64,000 nucleotides of DNA from an uncultured delta proteobacterium. GTDB taxonomy: Bacteria > Myxococcota_A > Polyangia > Polyangiales > Polyangiaceae. Every line of letters starts with the position of its first letter. Position 1 is the first letter of the stretch. Of the stretch, positions 45,707 through 55,423 are shown piece by piece. Position numbers and translations under genes: made by a program. The notes under the pieces are model-generated. The model was not told where the DNA came from, did no database searches, and saw only the letters and a program-made list of their open reading frames with translations. The stretch spans positions 224,001-288,000 of the forward strand of contig CAVQUB010000021.1 in the NCBI GenBank assembly GCA_963716725.1. The letters are read 5' to 3'.

Positions 45707-47542
45707 TTGACCCACCCAGCGGCCGCTCAGGGTGACGGAGCGCTGGGTCCGCGCGACCGAGGAACGATCCTGTTCGTCGACGATCAATCGACCCAGCTCC
45801 AGATCATCGGCCGCACTCTCGAGACCTCCGGCTACACCGTGCACACGGCGCAACAAGCGGAAACGAGCTTGCAGACCGCAGCGACGCACTCCATCGAGGT
45901 CGCTATCTGTGATCTGCACATGCCAATCGTCGATGGGATCTCCCTCATGCGTCGCCTCCAGGCGCACGACCCCAACTTGCCCGTGATCATTCTGAGCGCC
46001 GACGCGGACGTCAGCGGGATCCTCGATGCGGTGGGCGCAGGCGCGTTCGACTACGTGCTGAAGACGCCGGAGGGGCTCCGCTTGCTGCCGGTCGCGCTCG
46101 ACCGCGCGGTGAACCACTCGCGCGCGGCGCACCGAGCACAGCTTCTGACCAAGGAACTGGAGCGCGCAAATGCCGAACTGGAAGCGCGGGTGTCGCGCCG
46201 AACGGCGGCCCTCGAGGCGACCGTGGACCAACTCCGCCGTCGTCGGCAGGAGCTACAGACGGCTCTGGACGAGCTCGAAGCCGCCAAACAGCACATCATC
46301 ATGCAGGAGCGCCTGGCATCCATGGGCACGCTGAGCGCGGGCATTGCGCACGAGATCAACAACCCAGCGGCGGTCGTGATGGCCAACCTCGAACTGGCGC
46401 GCGCCGACCTCGAGACGCTCGACGAAGCCGCCTCCGAAGTTCGGCGTTGGGTAGTGGCTCATCCGGAACTGGAGGAGCTTCAGGCGGTTTTCCAGCAAAG
46501 CGAGCTCTCGCCTAGACTGAGTCGACTGCGCGACGTCGTCGCGGATGGTCTCGAGGGCATCCAAAGGATCGCTACCTTGAGCGCCGATCTCCGCGTCTTC
46601 AGCCGACACCAGAACGACGAGCAAGAGCCCGTCGACATCAACGCGACGGTCGCTACGGCTTGCCGGATGGCCGGGAACGAGATCCGGCACCGCGCGACCC
46701 TGCACGCGGACTACCAGCCACTGCCGCAGATCCTCGGAAACCGGCTGAAGCTGAGCCAGGTGGTGCTCAACCTCTTGATCAACGCCGCGCACGCGATCCC
46801 CGAGGGAAACACCCAGCAGCACCGAGTCAGTGTGCGGACATCGATTGCGGGTGAGCTGCTCTGCATCGAAGTGGCAGACACCGGCCTCGGTATCCCCCCC
46901 GAGATCGCCCCGAGGATCTTCGAGCCCTTCTTCACGACCAAGCCAGTGGGCGAAGGCACCGGCCTCGGCCTGGCGCTCTGCGCAAAGATCGTGCGCGATC
47001 ATGGCGGCGAGCTCACGTTCACCAGCACTCCGGGCGAAGGAAGCCGCTTCCTCGTCGAGATCCCCATCGGAACGAGCCCTGTCGCACCTGCCTCGCGCAC
47101 GCCCATTTCGACTCTTCCTCCGCCGCCCCTGGTCGGACTGCGGATCCTCCTGGTGGACGACGAGGAGCTCCTGCTCAAGGCGCTGCGCCGCACCCTCGCC
47201 GGCAACGAAGTCGTGCTGGCGCAGGGGGGGAGCGTCGCGCAGCGCACGCTCGCAGCGGACTCCAGCTTCGATCTGGTCCTGTGCGACCTGAAAATGGCCG
47301 ACGTCGATGGCTCCTGCCTGTATGAGAGCGTAGCGGCGACGGACGCGGATCTCGCCAGCCGGTTCATCTTCCTCACCGGCGGTGCCTTCGCGCCGCAAGC
47401 GACGGAGTTCCTCGACAGGGTCGGTGTTTGCGTGCTGAAGAAACCGACCTCGCGCACTGAGTTGGTCGAGGCATGCCAGACCACCCTCATGCGTGTCGGC
47501 CGGCGGCCCGTGGGCAGCAACCACGACGAGGTTCACTCGTGA
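45707..47542 (+). CDS. hybrid histidine kinase (REC-HisKA-HATPase-REC)
   Basis: LFVDD..CDLHMP; AHEINNP; NLLINA, DTGLG, FFTTK, GTGLGL; LLVDD..CDLKM; start uncertain (ORF open from 45584). Confidence 0.9.
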   Translation: MTHPAAAQGDGALGPRDRGTILFVDDQSTQLQIIGRTLETSGYTVHTAQQAETSLQTAATHSIEVAICDLHMPIVDGISLMRRLQAHDPNLPVIILSADADVSGILDAVGAGAFDYVLKTPEGLRLLPVALDRAVNHSRAAHRAQLLTKELERANAELEARVSRRTAALEATVDQLRRRRQELQTALDELEAAKQHIIMQERLASMGTLSAGIAHEINNPAAVVMANLELARADLETLDEAASEVRRWVVAHPELEELQAVFQQSELSPRLSRLRDVVADGLEGIQRIATLSADLRVFSRHQNDEQEPVDINATVATACRMAGNEIRHRATLHADYQPLPQILGNRLKLSQVVLNLLINAAHAIPEGNTQQHRVSVRTSIAGELLCIEVADTGLGIPPEIAPRIFEPFFTTKPVGEGTGLGLALCAKIVRDHGGELTFTSTPGEGSRFLVEIPIGTSPVAPASRTPISTLPPPPLVGLRILLVDDEELLLKALRRTLAGNEVVLAQGGSVAQRTLAADSSFDLVLCDLKMADVDGSCLYESVAATDADLASRFIFLTGGAFAPQATEFLDRVGVCVLKKPTSRTELVEACQTTLMRVGRRPVGSNHDEVHS

Positions 47543-47949
47543 TCCCAGAAGCGCCGGTGCTCGACGAGCAAGCGGTCTCGCTCCTTCGTCGGCTCGTCGG
47601 ACCGGACCGCCCTCACTTCCTGCGCGAGACCGTCGATACCTATCTCCGTGACGCTGAGGAGACCGCCATCGCTCTCGAGCGCGCGCTTCGCAACGCTGAC
47701 TCTGCGGAAGTGGCGGACGCCGCGCACCGAATTAAAGGCGCGAGCGCCATGGTCGGGGCCGCTCGCGTCGCCAACGTCGCTGAAGCCCTCCAGATCGCCG
47801 CCAGCGTGTCTGAAGTCAGCGCCTACGCCGGTCTCTTCGGCAGGCTCGAAGAAGAGCTCGAGCGGGCGAGGTCAGCGCTTTGTGAGCTGATATTCGAAGA
47901 CCACGACGCGACGAGAGCACACCCGCGAACCAAAGCAGGAGACCCATGA
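47539..47949 (+). CDS. Hpt phosphotransfer protein
   Basis: AAHRIKGASAMVGA; GTGA overlap with the upstream kinase. Confidence 0.9.
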   Translation: MIPEAPVLDEQAVSLLRRLVGPDRPHFLRETVDTYLRDAEETAIALERALRNADSAEVADAAHRIKGASAMVGAARVANVAEALQIAASVSEVSAYAGLFGRLEEELERARSALCELIFEDHDATRAHPRTKAGDP

Positions 47950-49097
47950 CGAATACACTGAACCTCAAGCGCGGCGCGTCTCGAGCCAAGGACGAACTCG
48001 AAGCTGCGAGAGAGCTCTGGGAGGCCATCGGTCAGCCAGACATCTCGTTCTGCCTGTTCTTCTGCTCTCCCAACTACGACGTGAAGAAGCTCGGCCCGGC
48101 CCTCGCCGAGCACTTCGGCGCCTTGCCAATGCTGGGCTGCACGACAGCCGGAGAGATTTCGCCGACAGGCTACCTGAGCGGAGCGATCACCGGCATCAGC
48201 ATCGCTAGCCCAGACTTCAGGGTCGTGACGCGTCGCATCGACCAGCTCAATGCCTTCGATCTCGATGACGGTGAGAGGACGATCACTTCGCTCCTTGCAG
48301 AGCTCAAACAGGTCGGCGAACCACCGACGAGCGAAAACACCTTCGCGTTCTTGCTGGTCGATGGCCTGAGCCTACAGGAAGAGCGGGTGGTGGCGGGCCT
48401 GTGTCGCGGCATTGGCGACATCCAGCTTTTCGGCGGCTCCGCCGGCGACGAGGAGAACTTCTCGGCCACATACCTCTTCCATGACGGCGCATTTCACGAC
48501 AACGCGGCGGTGGTGGCTTTGGTGCAGACCCAGCGCCCCTTTCACGTCTTCAAGACCCAACACTTCGTGCCATCGGACGCGAAGCTCGTCGTCACCGGCG
48601 CAGATCCAGCCAATAGGGTAGTGACCGAGATCAACGGGGACCCCGCGGGCGCCGAGTACGCACGGCTCGTTGGCCTCGAAGTCGACAAGCTCACACCGAT
48701 GATCTTCGCGACCTACCCCGTGGTCGTGCGCCTTGGCGGCGACTACTACGTGCGCTCGATCCAGAAGGTGAACGAGGACGGGAGCCTCACGTTTTTCTGC
48801 GCCATCGACGAAGGCGTCGTGCTGACGATCGCGCAGGGCGTGGATTTCATTCAGAACCTCGAGGACGCCTTTGTAGGGGTCCAAAAGGCGGTGGGCGTGC
48901 CCGAGCTCGTCATCGGCTGTGACTGCATCCTCAGGAAGCTGGAGAGCGAGCAGAAGGGCATCAAGGCGCAGATCTCGGAGCTCATGACCAAGAACAACGT
49001 CATCGGTTTCGCCACCTACGGCGAACAGTTCAACGCGATGCACGTGAACCAGACCTTCACCGGCGTCGCCATCGGCGCGATGAGCGATGGCGAGTGA
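47946..49097 (+). CDS. nosP: FIST-domain sensor, NosP-like
   Basis: [63 protein letters not shown]. Confidence 0.88.
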   Translation: MTNTLNLKRGASRAKDELEAARELWEAIGQPDISFCLFFCSPNYDVKKLGPALAEHFGALPMLGCTTAGEISPTGYLSGAITGISIASPDFRVVTRRIDQLNAFDLDDGERTITSLLAELKQVGEPPTSENTFAFLLVDGLSLQEERVVAGLCRGIGDIQLFGGSAGDEENFSATYLFHDGAFHDNAAVVALVQTQRPFHVFKTQHFVPSDAKLVVTGADPANRVVTEINGDPAGAEYARLVGLEVDKLTPMIFATYPVVVRLGGDYYVRSIQKVNEDGSLTFFCAIDEGVVLTIAQGVDFIQNLEDAFVGVQKAVGVPELVIGCDCILRKLESEQKGIKAQISELMTKNNVIGFATYGEQFNAMHVNQTFTGVAIGAMSDGE

Positions 49098-50874
49098 TGA
49101 ATTCAACGAGCTAGAGCTTCTCCGAAGCCGGAACGCTCGGCTCGAGAAGATCAACCGCGCGCTCATGGATCGGGTAGAGCGCTCGATGGACCAGCAGGGC
49201 AGCGCCTACTCTCTGTTCCAGACCGCGACTGCGATGGAGGGCGAGCTTCGCAAGCGAACCGCAGCGCTCCGCAGCACCATGGAGGAGCTCGAGCGCTCCA
49301 ACCGCGATCTGTCCACGGCCAAAGAACTCGCCGACGCGGCCAATCGGGCCAAGTCCGACTTCCTTGCCAACATGAGCCACGAAATCCGCACGCCACTCAA
49401 CGGCGTGTTGGGCATGGTGGGTCTGCTCCTGAAGACCGATCTGGGACCGACCCAAGAGCACTACGCCGAGACGGTCCGGCGCTCCGGCGACATCCTGCTC
49501 CGGATCATCAACGACATCCTCGATTTCTCGAAGATAGAGGCTGGTAAGCTGGAGCTGGAAAACACCAGCTACGATCTCAGGAGGGTCGTGGAGGACGCCA
49601 TCGAAGGGTTCGCCACGCGCGCTCACAACGCGCGGACAGAGCTGATCTGCGAGATCGCGCCTGAAGTCCCCCGAATCGTCAGCGGCGACCCTTTGCGGGT
49701 TCATCAGGTGCTCGCCAACTTGCTCTCCAACGCCATCAAGTTTTCCTGCAACGGAGACGTACGCCTCATCGTCGAAGTCCAGAAGGCACCTCCGGTCGAC
49801 GCCATTCGCTTCGAGGTTCACGACCAGGGGCAGGGGTTGAGCGGCGAGCAATGCACGCGCTTGTTCAGTGCGTTCACTCAAGCGGATACTTCGACCACGC
49901 GCCGGTTCGGCGGGACTGGCCTCGGCCTCGCCATCAGCAAGCAGCTCACCGAGATGATGGGGGGACGGATCGGGGTGCGGACTGCCATTGGCGAAGGCAG
50001 CACCTTTCATTTCACCGTGCCCTTCGATGCATCCGCGGCTCGAGCGACGGGCTGGGTCCCGAAGTTGTTCGACCGAACCGCCCTCGTCGTGGACGCGAGC
50101 GAAGGCAGCGGTCGGGCGCTGCTCACTCAGCTGGCGAGGCTGGGCCTTCACGCGACTCACCAGAGAAGTCTGGCCTCGGGGGCCAGCTGGCTCTCTGCCC
50201 AAGCTGGCGCCGTCGACTTGATCGTGGTGTCTCGCGAGACGGTCGGCAAAGACGACGCGGAGATCCACAGCGTCCTCGCGGCGAGCGGCCACCCCGAAGC
50301 GAAGACGCTGCTGCTGACGCCGTTTCTGGCTGACCTTGCGGAGTCGGCCGGCTCCACTGCCTACGACGCTGCCACGCACAAGCCGGTCACGCCCAGCCGG
50401 CTTCGAAGTGTCGTGGAGGCCGTGGTCGCGCCCGAGTTGAAGCCTCGACGCCGCAGTGTGAGCGTCCCGACCTCGAGACCCGCGCTCGGCGAGGTCGCCA
50501 GACCTCGGGTGCTCGTCGCGGAGGACAACCCCACGAACCAATTGGTCATCACCGCTCTCCTGGCGGAGCTCGGCTACGCAGCCGTCGTGGTCGGCAACGG
50601 AAGCGAGGCCATCGCCGCGCTCGAGGAGCCCCATGAAATTCGGGCTGTGCTCATGGACTGGCAGATGCCGATCATGGATGGAGTGGTGGCGACTCGCGAA
50701 ATCCGCCGGCTCGAAGCACTCCGGGGCACACGCGTACCCATCATTGGTCTGACCGCGCACGCGCTCAGCGACCAGAAGTCGGTCGCGCTCGATTCGGGCA
50801 TGGACGAATACCTCACCAAGCCGGTTCGTGAGGAGGAGCTGGCCCGAGCGCTGACGCGGTGGTGCGGAGTATGA
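49087..50874 (+). CDS. NosP-associated hybrid histidine kinase (NahK-like), with pseudo-REC and REC domains
   Basis: N-terminal [57 protein letters not shown]. Confidence 0.88.
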   Translation: MASDEFNELELLRSRNARLEKINRALMDRVERSMDQQGSAYSLFQTATAMEGELRKRTAALRSTMEELERSNRDLSTAKELADAANRAKSDFLANMSHEIRTPLNGVLGMVGLLLKTDLGPTQEHYAETVRRSGDILLRIINDILDFSKIEAGKLELENTSYDLRRVVEDAIEGFATRAHNARTELICEIAPEVPRIVSGDPLRVHQVLANLLSNAIKFSCNGDVRLIVEVQKAPPVDAIRFEVHDQGQGLSGEQCTRLFSAFTQADTSTTRRFGGTGLGLAISKQLTEMMGGRIGVRTAIGEGSTFHFTVPFDASAARATGWVPKLFDRTALVVDASEGSGRALLTQLARLGLHATHQRSLASGASWLSAQAGAVDLIVVSRETVGKDDAEIHSVLAASGHPEAKTLLLTPFLADLAESAGSTAYDAATHKPVTPSRLRSVVEAVVAPELKPRRRSVSVPTSRPALGEVARPRVLVAEDNPTNQLVITALLAELGYAAVVVGNGSEAIAALEEPHEIRAVLMDWQMPIMDGVVATREIRRLEALRGTRVPIIGLTAHALSDQKSVALDSGMDEYLTKPVREEELARALTRWCGV

Positions 50875-50916
50875 GAGCCCAGAAGCGACCAGCGGCGCCG
50901 AAGCGGCGCCCCGCGC

Positions 50917-51412
50917 CTAGTGCCGCGCGGCCGAAGTTCGAGTGGATTCGCCCCTGAGACCTGCGCTCATTTGGGCTCTCACAGGAAGGGCGGAAGAGCG
51001 GAAGGATTTGGGGTGGTCAGGCGTTAGCCTCCGCAGGCCATTTCTGAGCGCGGTCACGTTGAAGTTGACGAGCAGGCCGACGGGCAACCGCGAAAGGCGC
51101 AGATAGGTGATGACCTGCGCTTCGTAAATCGGGAGCAGCCGCTCGACCGCCTTGAGCTCCAGGAGGATACGATCTGGAAGCGACCAGGTCGAGGCGATAG
51201 GCGCTGTCAAGGTGCACGCCTTTGTAGCGGATTGGTAGCGGTCGCTGCCGCTCGAACTTGAGCCGTCGTTCGGACAGCTCGGCAGATAGACAGGCCTCAT
51301 ATGCGGATTCCATCAGCCCTGGACCGAGATGCCGATGCACCTCGATCAGCGCACCGATCACCTCGTCCGTCCCATCCCCAAATCTTCCGAGCTTTCGCCC
51401 TTCCTGTGCCAT
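50917..51412 (-). CDS. GxxExxY PD-(D/E)XK nuclease-like protein, +1 frameshift near 51176
   Basis: IEVHRHLGPGLMESAYEACL, YRLDLV, then in the next frame ILLELKAVE, AQVITYL, GLLVNF. Confidence 0.9.
50980..51013 (+). repeat. inverted repeat arm at the 3' end of the GxxExxY gene
   Basis: CACAGGAAGGGCGGAAGAGCGGAAGGATTTGGGG; pairs with 51376-51408. Confidence 0.85.
51376..51408 (-). repeat. inverted repeat arm at the 5' end of the GxxExxY gene
   Basis: reverse complement CACAGGAAGGGCGAAAGCTCGGAAGATTTGGGG; 3 mismatches and 1 gap versus the other arm. Confidence 0.85.
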
Positions 51413-51439
51413 CCCCGTGTGGTCGGGCCTCACTCCGAA

Positions 51440-52100
51440 ACAGTTGCTGTCCGGCCACCATCGGAATGTCAGCGTAGCGGCGTTCGAGCGCCTGGATGCC
51501 GGTCTTCTCGTCGACGCACACGATGTGCTCCTTCTTTGGCGTCTCGTAGTAGACGCGCAGCACGTCGTCGCGCTTCCCCCTGAACTCGTCGTCGTGCGAA
51601 GTCAGGTACATTTGTTGCCGATGCGGTTGCAGGTCAGCATCCTTGAGTATGCGGCCCACCGACCGGTCGCTGATCTGAATTCCTTGCGCGCGAACGTGCA
51701 CGCCAAGCAACGACGCTGACCAGTGCGTGACGGGCACGCCGACGTCGCTCGGCGGTCGACACGCTTCTGCTTCTACTCGAGCCGCTACGGTGTCCGAGAG
51801 AGAGGGCGGCCGTCCCGAGCGCGGGGCGTCCGCCAGTCTCTCGCTAGGTGCCGCGCAGTCGAAGCGCTTGCGCCAGTCGTCCACCGTGCGCACGTGCACC
51901 CCGAGGAGCCGGGCGATGTCCGTCGCAGGCACTCCGTCCGCCATCATCAACACGGCCTGCGCCCGACGAACCAGCCGCTGCTCCGCCCTGGCGGGTCGCA
52001 ACGCCTCCTCGATCCGCGCGCGCTCTTCAGCCCTCAGCGCGAGCGGAACCGTCGGACGACCACCGTGCGCTCGGCCCGCGAACGCGCTGTAGTCGATCAT
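51440..52100 (-). pseudogene. IS630 transposase, truncated after the first catalytic Asp
   Basis: HTH region (IARLLGV, DAPRSGRP, THWS, LQPHR) and CVDEKTGIQALER; the later DDE motifs are absent. Confidence 0.88.
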
Positions 52101-52165
52101 GTCACCCCACTACACCGACGACACGCACACGGAAAAGAAACCAGCGAAACTTCTGCCGCGCGGCA

Positions 52166-53509
52166 CTAGTCGCTCGCGCCCGGGCGCGCGGCAACGCTGC
52201 GTCTGGGCGCGGCCGGCTCGCGCGGCGGATCAGCGAGCTCGTCGGCGAGATCGAAGGCCACGAAGCGCCCCGAGAGGTGCGGCGCTTCGCTGACCCACAG
52301 CGTGCGGCGACCACAGTCGAAGACGACGCCATGGGTGGCGATGTCCGCGTCGATGGCGCGCCGATCGCCCGCTGGCAGCGAGGCGCCACCTGCTGCCTTG
52401 CGATCGCGCAGGAGGCGTACCGCGTCCTCGACGGTCACGGGGCGGGTCAGGGTCGAGACGAGCTCGCGCCCTCGGGCCTCGCGCTCGAGCGTGGTGGTCT
52501 CGCGGCGCACCCGCTGGTTCTTCGGATCGCCCGCGAGGGGCCCCTCGAAGTGATTGGTGACCGCGGCCCGCGTGGGCAGCGCGCGGGCGTGGGGCGGCGA
52601 GCCCGGAACGCGCTCGATGGCAGAGGCGTGTCCGCCGGCGTCCGCGGCGATGACGATGTGGCTGACCATGGGCTCGCGCAGGGCAAATGCCTTCACCGCT
52701 TCGTCCACCGTGCGGGCGGTGGACAGCACGCGCCGGAGCGCGTGAACGACGGGCTCGCCCTGCGCTCGCGGTTCACCCGCGCGTCCGCCGTGCACCACCA
52801 GCGCCAGACCCTCGCGATTCATGCCGCTGACGACACCCGGCAGACCCGGCCAGGCCACCGAGGCGAAGGGGATCTGCCCCGCTTCGTTCACGAAGAAGAC
52901 CGCTTTCTGCTCGTCGAACACGTCGTGCACGTCGAAGTCGAAGGCGCGGGCCAGCAGGGTGTGTCCGTCCTCCGCGGCTTCTCGCGCGAAGGTGAAGCTG
53001 GTGCAGCCGATGAGCGGAGAGCTCTCGAATGAGAGCGCGATGTCGTAGAGCGCGTTCAAGTAGACGAAACGCTGATAGGTGGGGAAGAACCCGGTGTAGG
53101 GATCGGGGGCGAATCCGAGGGCAGCGGCGGCGAGCTCCCGGCGTCGCGCTGGATCGATCTCGCGGTCGAGATCACGATAGCGGAGCTGCGCCAGATCCAA
53201 GACCAGCCAGCGCAGTGGCGCCGGGCGCACGGAATGCTCGAACTGCCCGAGCAGGACGCGCTCGTTGTGCATCATGTCCTGTCGCAGCAGGCGCGCGTGG
53301 GAAAACCCGATCTCTTCCGGGCTTCCAGCGAGATGCACGACGCGCAGGCTGCCTTCCCGTGAGAGTCGTGAGCGGCCAAGCATGCCTTCGCTCACGCTGA
53401 CCGCGGGCGGCTCGAGGCGCGCTCGAAGTCCAATGCCAACGTGGCTCGCGCCGAGGCCGACGGCCAGACCGAGAACCGCGACCAAGACGGCGCGCCGACG
53501 ACGCGTCAC
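52166..53509 (-). CDS. C45-family autoproteolytic acyltransferase/hydrolase (Ntn)
   Basis: GCTSF, ARAFDF, VSGMNREGL, VTNHF, IATHGVVFD; N-terminal TM. Confidence 0.88.
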   Translation of the reverse strand: MTRRRRAVLVAVLGLAVGLGASHVGIGLRARLEPPAVSVSEGMLGRSRLSREGSLRVVHLAGSPEEIGFSHARLLRQDMMHNERVLLGQFEHSVRPAPLRWLVLDLAQLRYRDLDREIDPARRRELAAAALGFAPDPYTGFFPTYQRFVYLNALYDIALSFESSPLIGCTSFTFAREAAEDGHTLLARAFDFDVHDVFDEQKAVFFVNEAGQIPFASVAWPGLPGVVSGMNREGLALVVHGGRAGEPRAQGEPVVHALRRVLSTARTVDEAVKAFALREPMVSHIVIAADAGGHASAIERVPGSPPHARALPTRAAVTNHFEGPLAGDPKNQRVRRETTTLEREARGRELVSTLTRPVTVEDAVRLLRDRKAAGGASLPAGDRRAIDADIATHGVVFDCGRRTLWVSEAPHLSGRFVAFDLADELADPPREPAAPRRSVAARPGASD

Positions 53510-54201
53510 GCGCCCCCACGACCCAACAGCAGGGTAGACACGACCCTGGCGACGATGCGCGCCGGATCGCGCACCGAGTTGAAGTGGGTGCGTCGGTCCG
53601 AGGGGTAGATCACGCGGATCGGGACCTGCTCGATGAAGACTCCCGCGCGGGCCGCGAGCAGCACGATCTCCGCCTCGAAGGCGTAGCCGGTCGAGCGGGC
53701 GCCCAGCGCCAGCGTGCGCTGGAGGGGATAGCGCCGGAGCCCACACTGAGTGTCCAGCAGTCGGCGGCCAGTGAACCCCGACAAGAAGAAATTCGAGATA
53801 GCGTTCGACCGTTGGTTTGCGCGGGGCGCACCGGCGCCGACGAGATCTCGGATCCCGAGCAGCAACGACTCGACGGGAGCCGGATGGATCGCGAGCTTGA
53901 TGGCCTCGCCGGCAGGGTGTTGTCCGTCGGCGTCCACGCTGACGACGGCCTCGGCGCCGAAGGCCCGGGCGCGCTCGAAGCCAGTTCGAAGCGCCGCGCC
54001 CTTGCCTTGGTTCTTCGGGTGACGCACCACGTAGGCGCCCGCGTCCCGGGCCACGGATCCGGTTCGATCGCCGGAGCCGTCGTCAACCACGATCACCGCG
54101 GGCATGCCTTCGACCTTCGGCCACGACGCGCGAAGGGCGTGAACGACCTCACCCACCGACCGCTCGGCGAAGTATGCGGGAACGAGCGCGACCACGCGCA
54201 T
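53506..54201 (-). CDS. glycosyltransferase family 2
   Basis: VVDDGSGD, NQGKGAAL, DADGQH, DTQCGLR. Confidence 0.92.
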   Translation of the reverse strand: MRVVALVPAYFAERSVGEVVHALRASWPKVEGMPAVIVVDDGSGDRTGSVARDAGAYVVRHPKNQGKGAALRTGFERARAFGAEAVVSVDADGQHPAGEAIKLAIHPAPVESLLLGIRDLVGAGAPRANQRSNAISNFFLSGFTGRRLLDTQCGLRRYPLQRTLALGARSTGYAFEAEIVLLAARAGVFIEQVPIRVIYPSDRRTHFNSVRDPARIVARVVSTLLLGRGGA

Positions 54202-54259
54202 GGGGACGAATCTGCCACGAGACGGGCCCGAGCCGAAGCGGCCGTGGTATCCAGTGCCC

Positions 54260-54898
54260 ATGGCGGAGCTCGAAAAAGGCGAATTGGAGGCGCTCTTGGC
54301 CCAAGCCAAGCGCCAGATCCGGGCCCGGATGAAGGCCCTGCGGAGCGCACTTCCTCCCTCGGCCATCTCCGCGCGAAGCGCGCGCATCATCGACTCACTC
54401 GACCGGCTGCCCGAGTTCCAGCGCGCCCAGAGCGTCGCGTTGTTCTGGCCCATGGTCAGCAAGAACGAGATCGATCTCAGGGCGCTCGACACGGCGCTGC
54501 GTTCCCGGGACAAACGCGTCTTTTACCCCTTCATGTCCCCCACCGAGCAAGGGTTCCACACCGGGTTTCGCCGGCTCGATCGCACGACTGATCTCGAGGC
54601 ACGAGGCCGCGGATTCATGGAGCCACCGCAAGGCGCAACCGAGGCCGCCCGGGGCGACGTGGACCTGGTGATCGTCCCGGCCCTCGCGGCCTCTGCCGAC
54701 GGCTACCGCATCGGCTACGGGATCGGCTTCTACGACGTGACCTTGCCGGACGTGTGCCCGCCCGCGGTCTCGGTGATCGTCGCGCTTTCGTTCCAGCTGC
54801 TCGCGGAGCTGCCCCACGACCAACACGACTTCGCTTGCGACTGGGTGGTCACCGACGAACGCTTCATCGATGCGCGCTCCGCGCGCGCCCCGGCTTGA
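54260..54898 (+). CDS. 5-formyltetrahydrofolate cyclo-ligase
   Basis: KRQIR, NEID, EP, DLVIVPALA, RIGYGIGFYD, HDF..DWVVTD. Confidence 0.9.
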   Translation: MAELEKGELEALLAQAKRQIRARMKALRSALPPSAISARSARIIDSLDRLPEFQRAQSVALFWPMVSKNEIDLRALDTALRSRDKRVFYPFMSPTEQGFHTGFRRLDRTTDLEARGRGFMEPPQGATEAARGDVDLVIVPALAASADGYRIGYGIGFYDVTLPDVCPPAVSVIVALSFQLLAELPHDQHDFACDWVVTDERFIDARSARAPA

Positions 54899-55382
54899 CC
54901 TGGCTCTTCTTGGCGCACTCCGCACACGCGCCGTAGAGTTCGTGTTTGTGGTCACGGACCACGAACCCGTAGCGTGCCGCGATGGCATCTTGCAGCTCTT
55001 CGATGGCGGGCTCCTCGAACTCGGTGATCTTGCCGCAGTCGAGACAGATCAGGTGATCGTGGTGCGCATGTTCGTCAGCCAACTCGTAGCGCGTGAAGCC
55101 ATCGCCAAACTTGCGCTCGTGCACCAAGCCGCCTTCGGACAACAGCTTCATGGTTCGGTACACGGTGGCGTACCCCACGCGTGGATCCACGGCGCGAACG
55201 CTCTCGAGCAACTGGTCGATGGTCACGTGCTCGGTCACCTCGAAGAGTTGTTCGATGATCACGCGGCGCTGCTCGGTGCTGCGCAAGCCGCGCCTATCCA
55301 TGAACGCCGTCAGCTCCCCGCGGAGCCGCTCTCGATCGGGCGGGCGAGGTGCGCTTCGAGGCTGGTGATCGCCGCGCTTCAC
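54864..55382 (-). CDS. Fur-family transcriptional regulator
   Basis: RSTEQR, GYATVYRT, HHDHLICLDCG, YGACAEC; start uncertain. Confidence 0.92.
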   Translation of the reverse strand: MKRGDHQPRSAPRPPDRERLRGELTAFMDRRGLRSTEQRRVIIEQLFEVTEHVTIDQLLESVRAVDPRVGYATVYRTMKLLSEGGLVHERKFGDGFTRYELADEHAHHDHLICLDCGKITEFEEPAIEELQDAIAARYGFVVRDHKHELYGACAECAKKSQVKPGRARSAHR

Positions 55383-55423
55383 CCACACTACATCGCGCCC
55401 GCAGCCCGAGGGGTCAAGCCATC

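Larger units (their letters stand above)
50918..52168 (-). mobile_element. IS630-family element, non-autonomous, carrying a GxxExxY gene
   Basis: TIRs TAGTGCCGCGCGGC(C/A)GAAGTT (20/21 match); TA duplicated in a CTAG site. Confidence 0.9.

Noticed and set aside
51297..51440. Functional transposase-GxxExxY fusion
   Set aside because: The transposase frame differs from the GxxExxY start frame and stops at 51297; no clear slippery site was seen.
45584..52169. NosP cluster as part of a composite transposon
   Set aside because: Only one IS flanks it; no matching end or target duplication on the left.
54202..54259. 6S RNA upstream of 5-formyl-THF cyclo-ligase
   Set aside because: Only 58 bp separate it from the divergent GT2 gene, too short for 6S RNA.
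54864..54898. 35-bp convergent overlap of fur and cyclo-ligase as antisense control
   Set aside because: Short tail overlaps are common in GC-rich genomes; no further evidence.
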